Shown: positions 17,754-27,873 of the stretch, piece by piece | Layout of the letters: each line of letters opens with the position of its first letter | Position numbering within the stretch: the first letter of the stretch is position 1 | DNA from: Candidatus Moraniibacteriota bacterium | GTDB lineage: Bacteria; Patescibacteriota; Minisyncoccia; Moranbacterales; UBA1568 | Direction of reading: 5' to 3' | DNA: 64,000 nt | NCBI GenBank assembly: GCA_018062205.1 | Contig: JAGOSP010000003.1 | Coordinates: 17,220-81,219 of the forward strand | The notes under the pieces: generated by a model | The model's input: only the letters and a program-made list of their open reading frames with translations | Database searches by the model: none | Told to the model about the DNA's origin: nothing | Position numbers and translations under genes: made by a program

Positions 17754-18725
17754 TTACTCGGAAACCGTCAAGCTCGCAATGAGGTTTGCGAAATCAGACG
17801 GGAGCGGGGCTTCGATATCATACATTTTCCCAAAAAGACTCAGGACAAGCCGTCCTGCGTGTAACATGTGACGAGATGCCGTCACGCTATTTGATTTTCG
17901 ACGAAATCCATACAGTCGGTCCCCGATAATCGGATGCTGTATTGCAGAGAAATGAATGCGGATTTGATGCGTTCGCCCCGTTTTTGGCTTCACCAGAACA
18001 AGATCACAATTTTCGAAGCGCGTCAGAAGTTGGAAATGAGTCAGGGCTGCCCGCGCTTCAGTGTCATGGGTTGCCCGGCGAACAGAACGCTTCTCGCTAT
18101 GAGGAATACGCGTAATAGGGAAGGAAATCTTTCCTGTTGGCTCAGAAAGATGCCCTTCTACAAGAGCGAAGTATGTTTTTTCTATTTCCCGCTCTTCAAA
18201 AAGCTGCTTGAGCCCAATGAAAGCCTCCTGCGTTTTCGCAATAACCAGTATCCCTGATGTCTCTTTGTCTAGACGATGTACAATACCCGGACGAAGCCGA
18301 TCTCCTCCTACCTGCATAACTTGTGGACAATGCGAAATAAGCCAATCTGTTAGGGATACATCCCCATCTTGAACAGCATGCGTCAAAAGACCAGCTGGCT
18401 TGTTTACAAAAAGCACCGCTTCATCCTCAAAAAGAATCTCTGGATCAAGAACTTGTTTTGGTAAAGCTTTTTTCTTAGGCTGAAGAGGGGATAATTCCAG
18501 AGAAACCGCGTCATTCATCAGGACTTTTTTGTCAGGCTTGGTTGTTTTCTCGCCATTGTGCAGGACTTGTCCACAGGATATCATTTCTGAAATCATCGCT
18601 CTTGAGAACATTCCTGGGTTTTCCTTGTGCAAAGAAGCTGCAAGAAAGTTGTCCAGACGGATTCCCTCGTCTCGATGCTTTGCTCTGTACATTTTTTGCT
18701 CTTTTGTTGATTCCATATTAAACAT
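17754..18725 (-). CDS. rluD: RluA-family 23S rRNA pseudouridine synthase (RluD/RluC-like) with N-terminal S4 domain
   Basis: S4-like RLDNFLAASL, catalytic HRLDKETSGILVIAKT motif. The track ORF extends to 18818; an internal Met (18725/18716/18692) is a more likely start. Confidence 0.75.
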   Translation of the reverse strand: MFNMESTKEQKMYRAKHRDEGIRLDNFLAASLHKENPGMFSRAMISEMISCGQVLHNGEKTTKPDKKVLMNDAVSLELSPLQPKKKALPKQVLDPEILFEDEAVLFVNKPAGLLTHAVQDGDVSLTDWLISHCPQVMQVGGDRLRPGIVHRLDKETSGILVIAKTQEAFIGLKQLFEEREIEKTYFALVEGHLSEPTGKISFPITRIPHSEKRSVRRATHDTEARAALTHFQLLTRFENCDLVLVKPKTGRTHQIRIHFSAIQHPIIGDRLYGFRRKSNSVTASRHMLHAGRLVLSLFGKMYDIEAPLPSDFANLIASLTVSE

Positions 18726-19066
18726 ATACCGTATATACCTCTTCCAGAAGGAAGGACGTTGATTATACCAGACAAATCTCTTTTTGTACAGAAAAGCTCT
18801 TCTTTTTGATCCCTCCAAAACTCACCAATAAATTCCTCAAAAAATACCTTTCCCTGTATTTTTTTCTTCTCTTTTTTTCTCTTGAAAATAAGGGCTTCTT
18901 GTGTGTATGGTTGATAAATTTATACCATATATAGTTTATTATCCTTGATTATTATTTATTCTCTATCATAATATAGAAAAAAAATGAGCCTCTTTTACGG
19001 ATGTTTGACAAGAAAAAATCCGGACGGTACTCTATATTAACCTCTAAAAAAATTAAAGAAAATTCT

Positions 19067-19675
19067 ATGCAAAATGATATGTGTTGTGGCGGAGAATGCA
19101 GCGAAAATGTCCTCCCGATTATCGGTCAGGAAGTTCCGGATCTCCAGTTTGAAATGTTTTATAAAAATGAATTCAAAAAAACACGCTTTTCTGAATTTCA
19201 AGGCAAGTGGATGGTACTTTTCTTCTACCCAGCCGATTTCACCTTTGTTTGTCCAACCGAACTCGAAGATCTCGCTCACCACTATGCAGAATTTCAACAG
19301 TTGGGTGTCGAGGTTTGCGGGGTAAGCACTGATACCGTTTTTACACACAAAGCCTGGCACGACCACTCTCCAGCTATTGCTCAGGTCACCTATCCGCTTA
19401 TTGCTGATCCAACCAGTCTTCTTGCCCGATCCTTTGGTGTCTATATCGAGGATGAGGGTCTGGCTCGTCGTGGCACGTTCGTTATTGATCCTGATGGAAT
19501 TTTGCAAGCCTACGAGGTCCACGCCAACAATATTGGTCGCAGTGTCGATGAACTTATCCGAAAAATAAAAGCTGCTCAATTTGTTCGCGAACACGGGGGT
19601 GAGGTTTGCCCAGCCAACTGGAAACCTGGAGCAAAAACTCTCACTCCAGGCATCGAACTTGTTGGAAAAATTTAA
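19067..19675 (+). CDS. peroxiredoxin (typical 2-Cys Prx, AhpC/TSA family) with short Cys-rich N-terminal extension
   Basis: Peroxidatic-Cys motif FTFVCPTE; VSTDTVFTHKAW; C-terminal resolving Cys (GEVCPANW); N-terminus MQNDMCCGGECSEN. The track ORF begins at 19001; start assignment is uncertain. Confidence 0.8.
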   Translation: MQNDMCCGGECSENVLPIIGQEVPDLQFEMFYKNEFKKTRFSEFQGKWMVLFFYPADFTFVCPTELEDLAHHYAEFQQLGVEVCGVSTDTVFTHKAWHDHSPAIAQVTYPLIADPTSLLARSFGVYIEDEGLARRGTFVIDPDGILQAYEVHANNIGRSVDELIRKIKAAQFVREHGGEVCPANWKPGAKTLTPGIELVGKI

Positions 19676-20259
19676 TGTCTATGACTCCATATACACCGAA
19701 AAATTTTTCTGCTCTCCTGGGAACATCGGGGTTATCAGACATATTGCTTACCAATCACTTCGCCCTTTATGAAGGCTACGTGAAGAACGTGAATATGCTC
19801 ATTGAGCTTCTCCCTGCCAAAACACCAGGCACTCCAGAGCATACCGAGCTCAAGCGTCGCTTTGGCTGGGAATGGAACGGGATGCGTCTTCATGAACTTT
19901 ATTTTGAAAATCTCAACAAAGAAGAGACTCTCTCTGATCCGTCTTCTGATCTCCGAGAGAAAATCACTGCGTCATTCGGTACTTTTGAGGCTTGGTCTGA
20001 AGAATTTTTCGGTATTGCACTCATGCGAGGTATCGGATGGGTAGTGCTCACTTTGGATGAGGCTACTGGGCAGCTCTTCAACACGTGGATCAATGAACAT
20101 GACGGGGGACATCTCGCTGGAAGCAAACCACTTCTCGTTTTAGACGTCTTTGAACACGCATATATCACTGATTATGGTATCAAGCGGGCTGACTATGTCA
20201 CTCTCTGCAAGACCCATATTAATTGGAAAGTAGTTTCAGAACGTATTGTTCGCTCATAA
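19675..20259 (+). CDS. sodA: Fe/Mn superoxide dismutase
   Basis: HH.KHH-region equivalent (LLTNHFALYEGYVKN), WEWNGMRLHELYF, C-terminal LDVFEHAYITDYGIKRADYV (DVWEHAYY metal-ligand motif). Start ATG overlaps the prx stop (TAATG). The track ORF (19606) has a frame-overlapping extension. Confidence 0.8.
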   Translation: MSMTPYTPKNFSALLGTSGLSDILLTNHFALYEGYVKNVNMLIELLPAKTPGTPEHTELKRRFGWEWNGMRLHELYFENLNKEETLSDPSSDLREKITASFGTFEAWSEEFFGIALMRGIGWVVLTLDEATGQLFNTWINEHDGGHLAGSKPLLVLDVFEHAYITDYGIKRADYVTLCKTHINWKVVSERIVRS

Positions 20260-20402
20260 AACAAGCAGTAAGAGTCAGGGATGTCTCAACTTAGGATGAG
20301 AAGCCCTGTTGAAATAAGAAGTTTGTAGTTACTTTCTCAGTATATTCTTTTTTGTGTCCGCAAAATAACTTTTAATGGCGCTCTGCCGTAATTCACAAAA
20401 CT

Positions 20403-23018
20403 ATGCCCATAGAAAAAATCCGACGACGCGATGGAGAAATCATTCCTTTTGATCGACAGCGCATTGAGCGGGCTATCGAATTGGCCTGTGATGCCATCGC
20501 TGTCACGGACAAGGCGTTTATTCCAAGTCTTACTGATGAAGTAATCCAGGATGTCGAGCGTGTCTATTCGGAAATTTTTGTCCATCGCGTCCCAACCGTT
20601 GAAGATATTCAGGATATTGTCGAACGAGAGCTCGTGAAATCCAACCGATTTGATCTGGCTAAAACATATATCCTCTACAGGGAAGAGCGAAAAAAAGAGC
20701 GAGAGGAACGTCATGAGCGTCTCGTGCGTGAGTTTGAAGAAAAGACCCTCAAGGTAATTAAGTCTGATGCATCAAGAGAATACTTCAATATTAAAAAACT
20801 GCGAGTTGTTTTTGATCGCGCCTCCAAAGGATACGAGGAAGAGTGTCGATTTGAAGACCTTATGGATTCTTTCAAAAAGAATCTCGTTGATGATATCAAG
20901 ACCTCCGATATCGAAACACTTCTCGTGAAAACCTGTATCGATTTGGTCACTGTTGAGAATATTGCCTGGCAAAATATTGCTGCCCGTATTCTTCTTGGAG
21001 GACTCTACAAAAAAGCCACCAAAAATCGAGGTCTTGCTCAAAAAGATATTTACTCAGCAGCAGCATACAAAGCACATTTTGATCATTATATTGAAAAAGG
21101 ACTCTATTATAAGGATTTCTACCAGTACTATTCTGAGGAAGATATTCTTGAGGCAGGAAAATGTCTCTCAAAAGAAACAGATGAAAATTACGAATACACC
21201 ACCATTGTTTCTTTTATTAAGCGCTATCTTCTCAATCCAAACAAGATTATTCGGGAGCTTCCGCAAGAAATGTATCTCTCAATAGCGCTTTTCCTCGCCA
21301 TTCCAGAAAAAAAAGAAGGGCGGCTTGCGCTTGCGCTTAAAATATATGAGCATTGCTCGAAACAGAGAATTTCTCTCCCGACTCCAACACTGCTTAACTC
21401 TCGTACGAACTATCATCAGCTTTCCAGCTGCTTCAAGATTAATGTCGATGATGATCTCCGCGGCATCTATCATGCTGTAGAAAATATGGCTCAGATTTCC
21501 AAGTTTGGAGGTGGAGTTGGGGTATATCTTGGAAATATTCGAGCGCGAGGCAGCTCAATTCGTGGTGTCAAAGGAATGTCTGGCGGTGTAAATCCCTGGA
21601 TAAAGATCGTCAACGATACCGCCATTGCCGTCAACCAACTCGGTTCTCGATTAGGTGCCATTTCTGTCACTCTCGATATTTGGCATCTTGATATCTATGA
21701 TTTTCTTGATCTTCAAACAGAGACAGGTGATATTCGAGCCAAAGCTTTTGATATTTTTCCAGCCGTTTCTATTCCAGATCTCTTTATGCGGCGTCTCCGC
21801 GAAGATCAAGATTGGACACTTTTTGATCCACGCGAGATAGAATCCCTTTACGGGAAATCACTTCAGAATCATTTTGAGAGTGACTTTGATCATTTTTACG
21901 AAGAACTCGAGCGAGATGATCGCCTCACCATGAAAAAAACAGTGAAAACGAAAGAGATATTCAAAAAATTTCTCAAAACAACTGTCGAAACTGGTATGCC
22001 TTATGTGTTTTTTCGGGATACCGTTAACCGACTCAACCCAAACAAACATGCTGGAAATATTTATTCCACGCAACTCTGTACAGAAATATGCCAAAACACT
22101 TCTGCTTCAAAATTTATTGAGGAAACCATCGAGGACGGGAAGATTGTCCTTCGTTATGAGCCAGGAGATCTCGTTGTTTGTAATCTCGCATCCATAAATA
22201 TTGCCACCGTTCATACGCCAGAGGTTATCGCTGATGTTTTCCCTGTACTCATGCGCGTGCTTGATAATGTCATCACTCTTAATTATTATCCTATCAAAGA
22301 GGCCGAGAGAACTGCCCTTCGCTATCGAAGCGTAGGGGTTGGATATCTCGGACTCGCTGAATATCTTGCTACACGAAAAATTGCCTACGATACCGAAGAA
22401 GCTCGGACGGAAACCGACCGTCTTTTTGAGCGCTATGCATTTCATACCTATCGCTCTTCAGTTGATCTTGCGAAAGAAAGGGGGAGTTATTCTCTTTTTA
22501 AGGGCAGCGAATATTCCAAAGGCCGTTTGCTTGGGCGCGAACTCTCCTGGTACGAACAAAATACCCCATTTGCAAAAGAATGGAAGGCGTTGTTTATCGA
22601 TATGAAACAGCATGGCGTTCGTTTTGCCTACCACACAGCTCCCGCTCCAAACACCTCAACTGCAGGTGTCGTTGGCACTACCGCCGCATTACTCCCAATC
22701 TATAAGCGATACTTCATCGAAACAAATCTTTCTGCGCCGACTATTCGAGTTGCACCAAAACTCTCCAAAGAGAACTTCTGGTTCTACAAAGAATACATTC
22801 ATGTTGATATGAGCGATGTCATTGATTTGATTGCTGTTGTCTACAAATGGGTTGACCAATCTATTAGTTTTGAGTGGATGATTGATCCTTCTCACGTCAG
22901 TCCGGCGCAACTCTACGGCTACTATATGCAGGCCTGGGAAAAAGAAATCAAAACAGTCTACTACGTGCGAAGTCTTTCTGGCGAAGTAAAAGATGATTGT
23001 GTTAGCTGTAGTGGTTAA
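20403..23018 (+). CDS. nrdA: ribonucleoside-diphosphate reductase class I alpha subunit (with ATP-cone)
   Basis: 871 aa. N-terminal ATP-cone (KIRRRDGEIIPFDRQRIERAI), catalytic-core-sized body, C-terminal CVSCSG redox-tail cysteines; immediately followed by nrdB. Confidence 0.85.
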   Translation: MPIEKIRRRDGEIIPFDRQRIERAIELACDAIAVTDKAFIPSLTDEVIQDVERVYSEIFVHRVPTVEDIQDIVERELVKSNRFDLAKTYILYREERKKEREERHERLVREFEEKTLKVIKSDASREYFNIKKLRVVFDRASKGYEEECRFEDLMDSFKKNLVDDIKTSDIETLLVKTCIDLVTVENIAWQNIAARILLGGLYKKATKNRGLAQKDIYSAAAYKAHFDHYIEKGLYYKDFYQYYSEEDILEAGKCLSKETDENYEYTTIVSFIKRYLLNPNKIIRELPQEMYLSIALFLAIPEKKEGRLALALKIYEHCSKQRISLPTPTLLNSRTNYHQLSSCFKINVDDDLRGIYHAVENMAQISKFGGGVGVYLGNIRARGSSIRGVKGMSGGVNPWIKIVNDTAIAVNQLGSRLGAISVTLDIWHLDIYDFLDLQTETGDIRAKAFDIFPAVSIPDLFMRRLREDQDWTLFDPREIESLYGKSLQNHFESDFDHFYEELERDDRLTMKKTVKTKEIFKKFLKTTVETGMPYVFFRDTVNRLNPNKHAGNIYSTQLCTEICQNTSASKFIEETIEDGKIVLRYEPGDLVVCNLASINIATVHTPEVIADVFPVLMRVLDNVITLNYYPIKEAERTALRYRSVGVGYLGLAEYLATRKIAYDTEEARTETDRLFERYAFHTYRSSVDLAKERGSYSLFKGSEYSKGRLLGRELSWYEQNTPFAKEWKALFIDMKQHGVRFAYHTAPAPNTSTAGVVGTTAALLPIYKRYFIETNLSAPTIRVAPKLSKENFWFYKEYIHVDMSDVIDLIAVVYKWVDQSISFEWMIDPSHVSPAQLYGYYMQAWEKEIKTVYYVRSLSGEVKDDCVSCSG

Positions 23019-23199
23019 TACTCTTTATACTCTCACAGAGACAAAGATTTCTTTTCTTTCGTCATTCGCGCAAAATATACGAAATGGTCTAATTTTAAGA
23101 GTCTTAGCATACTTCTTTTTTCGCTTATCTCAAGGACAATTTGATATATACCGCGAGAAATACAAAAAATCTTTTCTTCATTCATTCATTACCACTCAG

Positions 23200-24249
23200 A
23201 TGACTATGCCAGAAATACTCCACGCCAATAAGCTCTTCAACCCAAAAGGAAACGACGCTACTGAATGTCGAACTATCATTAAAGGTGCTACCACTGGGCT
23301 CTTCAACCTCAATGCCACAAAATACCCCTGGGCAAAATCGCTATACCAAGTCATGATTGGAAATTTTTGGGTTCCCGAAAAAGTTTCTGGGTTAAAAGAT
23401 GATGCACGTATGTTTCATAACGATCTTTCGGCTGAGGAACAACGCGCCTACAAAGGGATCCTCTCTTTTCTGATTTTTTTGGACTCCATCCAAACGGTCA
23501 ATCTCCCTCATTTTTCTGACTATATCACCTCACCGGAAGTCAATCTTATTCTTTCTATCCAGGCATACCAAGAAGCGATTCATTCGCAGTCCTACGCTAC
23601 CATACTCGAAACAGTTGTGGAGAGCAAAGAGCGAGATGAAATCTATTACTTTTGGCGAACCGACAGCATCCTCCTTCATCGCAATGAATACATCGGGCAA
23701 ATATACCAAGACTTCATCAACCAGCCTTCTGATAAGAACTTCTTTCGTGGTATTGTCGCTAATTTTCTTCTTGAATCAATTTATTTCTACAACGGGTTCG
23801 CCTTCTTTGATACCTTGGTATACCACATGAAGATGCTTGCTACTGGTCGTATGATTGCCTATATCCGTCGCGACGAGCTCACCCACGTCACTATATTTGC
23901 CAATATTATTCGTGATATCAAGAAAGAGTTCCCCGAACTCTATGACGAAGCGCTTATTCTCAGCATGATGGATGAAGCCGTAAAACAAGAAATTGAGTGG
24001 AGCCAACATATACTCGGAACAAAAATCCCCGGAATAAACGGCGAGACCACTGAAAACTACACGAAATGGCTCGCGAACAAGCGACTTGCTATGCTCAATA
24101 TTGACCCCCTTTATCCAGATACCATAGACAATCCCTACAAACATTTGGATCGACTTCAAGATGTCAACAGCGATAAGGGGAATTTCTTTGAGACAACCGT
24201 CGTCAATTATACGCAGTCGACAAGTATGAATGGCAGCTGGGACTTCTAA
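23200..24249 (+). CDS. nrdB: ribonucleoside-diphosphate reductase class I beta subunit (ferritin-like di-iron)
   Basis: Di-iron ligand regions SIQAYQEAIHSQSY (ExxH) and RRDELTHVTIF (ExxH), FLESIYFYNGF. The track ORF starts at 22993 inside nrdA; Met at ~23200/23206 is the likely start. Confidence 0.85.
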   Translation: MTMPEILHANKLFNPKGNDATECRTIIKGATTGLFNLNATKYPWAKSLYQVMIGNFWVPEKVSGLKDDARMFHNDLSAEEQRAYKGILSFLIFLDSIQTVNLPHFSDYITSPEVNLILSIQAYQEAIHSQSYATILETVVESKERDEIYYFWRTDSILLHRNEYIGQIYQDFINQPSDKNFFRGIVANFLLESIYFYNGFAFFDTLVYHMKMLATGRMIAYIRRDELTHVTIFANIIRDIKKEFPELYDEALILSMMDEAVKQEIEWSQHILGTKIPGINGETTENYTKWLANKRLAMLNIDPLYPDTIDNPYKHLDRLQDVNSDKGNFFETTVVNYTQSTSMNGSWDF

Positions 24250-24280
24250 AATTTCCTTTTGTCCATCATGACAATAAAAA

Positions 24281-24313
24281 AAGATACCTTACTGAAAAGG
24301 TATCTTTTTTTAT
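24281..24313 (+). terminator. rho-independent terminator after nrdB
   Basis: AAGATACCTT-ACTGAAA-AGGTATCTT followed by TTTTTTT. Confidence 0.65.
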
Positions 24314-24350
24314 TGGAAAACACTTTATGCTATACTGAGGAAAAATATCT

Positions 24351-25502
24351 ATGCGTTCAATACATTCTTCTTTCACTCTATTTTTTCTTGTTTTTTCATT
24401 TGGCTTCCTTGTGCTTACTTCAGATGTTCAAGCTGAGGTCTTTAGCCCCGATGAATGCAAGGCGGTGCTTGGGACATGCAAAAGATCTATTTTTTGGAGC
24501 AACTGTTCAGGAGAGGAAACTGAAGTGGCTAAATGCAATGTAAATGCCGAAAGCTGTTGTAAGATTATAAAAGATGCGGGCGGTACGGTTCTTTCCGGGG
24601 CAAGCGCTTTAACTCAATTCCAAAGAGATTTAGATGGGGGATATTATACCGCCGCCCTTGAAACGGCCCCTGTAAAATCTGGCGCTGGCATGGTCGCCTC
24701 TGGGCCGCCACCTTCATCTACCAGTGGCACTGGAGCAGGCAACTTCAACTACACATTGCTCGAAAAAATACCCGGGCAAGAGAGCGCCACGGGGAGCCTC
24801 CCTGGTTATCTGCAGGCGATTCTCAATGCCACTATGATGATTATTGTTCTCTCAGCTGTCTTTATGATTTCAGTTGGTGGTTTTCTTTATCTCACAAGCG
24901 CTGGAAATACTTCTCGAGCCGGGCAAGCCAAAAATATCATCACTGATGCCATTTTTGGTCTCATCCTTGCACTTGTTGCCTATCTCGTTCTCTATATTAT
25001 CAACCCAGATCTTATCACTCTTCGCCTTGATTCACTTTCGACTACTTCTGCTCCAAGCGGTACCTCTCCAACAGGCGCTCCTATACCAACTTCTGAGGAC
25101 GTCTACGCGCACGCAGATGCTGTTGCAGTACTCAGCGCAAAAGGGATTAACGTGACTAGCTCTGGAAGTTGTAGCGATCCAAAAAGAAAAGAGTGTACCA
25201 GCCTCGATGGCATCCCGAAAAGTACTATCGCCAACGTTATCGCCCTCAAAGAAAAATCTGGCTGCTCTTTCAATATAACCGGAGGGACCGAAACTGGGCA
25301 TGCGACTCATGGGGCAGGAAGATCCATTGTTGATGTCAGCGAGGCACCTTGTCTTGAAAATGTCTTTCGTAATCAAAAACCCTCCCTCGGTAGTCAATAC
25401 AATATTCAATCTATTTGCGCCGACTCTACTAGTCGTGAAGCAGCCTACGGGTGTAGTTATGTCGAACCTCAACCTCATTTTCATATTCAATTCACCACCT
25501 AG
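24351..25502 (+). CDS. secreted/membrane protein: Cys-rich N-domain, pilin-like hydrophobic hairpin domain, C-terminal M15-type (VanY-like) zinc peptidase domain
   Basis: Signal peptide, then an 8-Cys segment. A two-helix hydrophobic domain follows (NFNYTLLEKIPG...MMIIVLSAVFMISVGGFLYLTSAGN...ITDAIFGLILALVAYLVLYIINP), resembling T4SS/CPR-type pilin domains. The C-terminus carries GHATHGAGRSIVDV (SxHxxGxAxD-like) and EPQPHFHIQF (HxH), as in LAS/M15 D,D-peptidases. Confidence 0.5.
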   Translation: MRSIHSSFTLFFLVFSFGFLVLTSDVQAEVFSPDECKAVLGTCKRSIFWSNCSGEETEVAKCNVNAESCCKIIKDAGGTVLSGASALTQFQRDLDGGYYTAALETAPVKSGAGMVASGPPPSSTSGTGAGNFNYTLLEKIPGQESATGSLPGYLQAILNATMMIIVLSAVFMISVGGFLYLTSAGNTSRAGQAKNIITDAIFGLILALVAYLVLYIINPDLITLRLDSLSTTSAPSGTSPTGAPIPTSEDVYAHADAVAVLSAKGINVTSSGSCSDPKRKECTSLDGIPKSTIANVIALKEKSGCSFNITGGTETGHATHGAGRSIVDVSEAPCLENVFRNQKPSLGSQYNIQSICADSTSREAAYGCSYVEPQPHFHIQFTT

Positions 25503-25511
25503 CTTTATTTC

Positions 25512-26651
25512 ATGAAGATTTTCTTTGGTGTGAGTGTTGGAATTTTTTGTATTCTCCTTATTTTCTGGGGAGTGTATAATTTTGGTTTCAAAAATAATCC
25601 CAATGTAGCGACTGTTTCAGAATCGGGAACTATTATTAAGGAGGCATCTCCTCTGGATATCTTCAAGGCATCTACCAATATTACGCCGATAATTCAGGAG
25701 CGAGTTCTCAGCGCAGCTACAGATGGTCGTTCTCTCTTCTTTTATTCCCTTGACGAACAAGCCTTTAGGCAGGCCACCCTGAACGGAAAGGATAGAGAAA
25801 CCCTTCTTTCAAACTTACCCGGAATTCCTACTCGTATTGTGTGGTCACCTTCGAGAGAAAAAGCGCTGGTTCATATTAAACTTTCAGATAACTCCTCTCT
25901 CTGGCACACTGCTGATCTCACATTAAAAACGCTTATCCCTCTCAAGCCAGAGATGACGAGGGTGGTTTGGGATAATACGGGCAGTAAAATATTTTATCAA
26001 TATACTGATCCAAAAACAGGAGCAAGGAGTCTGAATATTGCTTCACCAGATGGAAAAGACTGGAAAAATATTACTGCTCTTGGTACCAAAGAATTTTTTC
26101 TTGCTCCGGTGCCATCTAGCGTGCTCGTGAGTTTCTGGCAGCGACCTGGTGCCCGAGAAAAGGGCTCTCTGAGTACCGTCGCTCTCACAGGTGGTATTTC
26201 TCAGACGATTCTCTCTGATCGGTTTGGCGCTGATTTTTTATGGTCTCCGACAGGGAATCAGGTCCTTGTGAGCACCACAGACTCCTCTCACCCAGAGAAA
26301 TCACTTCTCTCAATTATGAACGCTACCGGCGGGGAGTTACGAACACTTGAAAATGCTGTATCATTTATTGGAAAAGCGACCTGGTCAAAAAATGGACATA
26401 CTATTTATTATGCTCTCCCAGGATCTCTTCCTGAATCCACTATCCTGCCAAATGATTACTATGAAAAAAACCTTCACTCACAAGATTCTTTCTGGCGGAT
26501 AGACACTAAAAATAATAAGACCGAGCGATTAGTCGACCTGAAAGATCTCACAGAGGCTTATGATGCAAGCGAGCTCTTCTTGTCTTCCAAAGAAGATTCC
26601 CTTTATTTCATTGAACGGAAAAGTCAAAAGCTTTACCAGATTGAATTCTAA
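25512..26651 (+). CDS. membrane-anchored TolB-like beta-propeller (PD40/WD40-like) protein
   Basis: N-terminal TM anchor followed by repeated ~40-aa blades (IVWSPSREKALV, VVWDNTGSKIFY, FLWSPTGNQVLV, ATWSKNGHTIYY). Confidence 0.55.
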   Translation: MKIFFGVSVGIFCILLIFWGVYNFGFKNNPNVATVSESGTIIKEASPLDIFKASTNITPIIQERVLSAATDGRSLFFYSLDEQAFRQATLNGKDRETLLSNLPGIPTRIVWSPSREKALVHIKLSDNSSLWHTADLTLKTLIPLKPEMTRVVWDNTGSKIFYQYTDPKTGARSLNIASPDGKDWKNITALGTKEFFLAPVPSSVLVSFWQRPGAREKGSLSTVALTGGISQTILSDRFGADFLWSPTGNQVLVSTTDSSHPEKSLLSIMNATGGELRTLENAVSFIGKATWSKNGHTIYYALPGSLPESTILPNDYYEKNLHSQDSFWRIDTKNNKTERLVDLKDLTEAYDASELFLSSKEDSLYFIERKSQKLYQIEF

Positions 26652-26667
26652 AAAATTTTGCTTTTTC

Positions 26668-27873
26668 TTAGGAACAGCTCCCCTTCTTCCGAAGAAGCAT
26701 TCCTGAAAATAAGGCTAATTCTAGCCAGAAAAGAAAACAAAACTCAGCCCGAAAATAAGGAACATCAAATAATCCCGAAACAAAAAGCCCAAAGAAAAGC
26801 GCTCCCATGAGTGCTTTTTCTTTTTTTGAAGGTATTTCTTTTAATGCAGAAAAAAGAAAGAAGCAAAGCCAGATACTAGCAATCGCTCCTAAAATTCCAG
26901 AGGAAAGCCACAATGCGAAAAAGAGATTATGCGGATGAGGGACAGCCCACTCGAGATATGGTGGGTAAAAGCGCTGATATTCAAGATACGTTGACTGAAA
27001 ACGGCCTGGTCCGATACCAGTGGCAGGGGAGTCTTGCAACATTTTAATTGCCGCGCTCCAAATCATTTTTCTTGACGAAAACGACGAGCGCTCATCGCCC
27101 GTTATAAGCGACGTCCATTTTTCTGCTCCCCTTTCGCCATTCACAAACAAAAGCCCTCCTATGAAAAGAGCGCCTAATATCATTATTCTCAATGCTGGAC
27201 CCTTCCAATGCACATATTCACGAGATATCCACAAAAAAACCACTCCAGCCAGGAAAGCAGCCAAGAAAGCACTGTATGATTGCGTCGCCAGAAATGCTGT
27301 CATAACCACCCCCCACGAAATACCTTCAAAAAAAGAAGTCCTTTTTCTCTTCAAAACAAGAAATGCCGACCAAAGAATTACTCCGGGGAGGAGGAGCATC
27401 GCCAAAAGATTCGGCGAATCAAACCAGGCGTTCAAACGAGAGTCGTAAGTCAATCCGTGGGAAAACACAGAAAAGAGAGCGGTAGCTGCCACCGAAAAAA
27501 ACATCCAGCGAAGATGCCACAACAGACGGCTTCGACATTCAAACTCGCTCAAAGCAGATGTTGCGAAAAGCCAAAATAATACAGGAAAAAAGAAAAAGCT
27601 TTTTAATTGGCCAAGGCCAATCAACGTTCCAGGGTTGAAAAGAAAAGAAATCCCCGCTCCACAAAAGAGAATCAACGAAAAAATAGCAATTTTTTGAGTA
27701 AATTGCTCGCTAAAAATTTTGTATGTGTCTTTAGTAAACAAAAAAGGGAATGCTACTAACAAGATTATTTCTATTGGATACAGGGGTATCCCGAAAGGAA
27801 GCAGCTGCACCGAAGAAAATGGGAGCAACCAAACGCACGCTATAACGATAAAAAGAGGATTATTTTTGTTCAT
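26668..27873 (-). CDS. O-antigen ligase/polymerase-like polytopic membrane protein (Wzy_C family)
   Basis: 401 aa, ~10-12 TM helices with one larger loop; contextual with GT2 and flippase genes. Confidence 0.5.
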   Translation of the reverse strand: MNKNNPLFIVIACVWLLPFSSVQLLPFGIPLYPIEIILLVAFPFLFTKDTYKIFSEQFTQKIAIFSLILFCGAGISFLFNPGTLIGLGQLKSFFFFPVLFWLFATSALSEFECRSRLLWHLRWMFFSVAATALFSVFSHGLTYDSRLNAWFDSPNLLAMLLLPGVILWSAFLVLKRKRTSFFEGISWGVVMTAFLATQSYSAFLAAFLAGVVFLWISREYVHWKGPALRIMILGALFIGGLLFVNGERGAEKWTSLITGDERSSFSSRKMIWSAAIKMLQDSPATGIGPGRFQSTYLEYQRFYPPYLEWAVPHPHNLFFALWLSSGILGAIASIWLCFFLFSALKEIPSKKEKALMGALFFGLFVSGLFDVPYFRAEFCFLFWLELALFSGMLLRKKGSCS

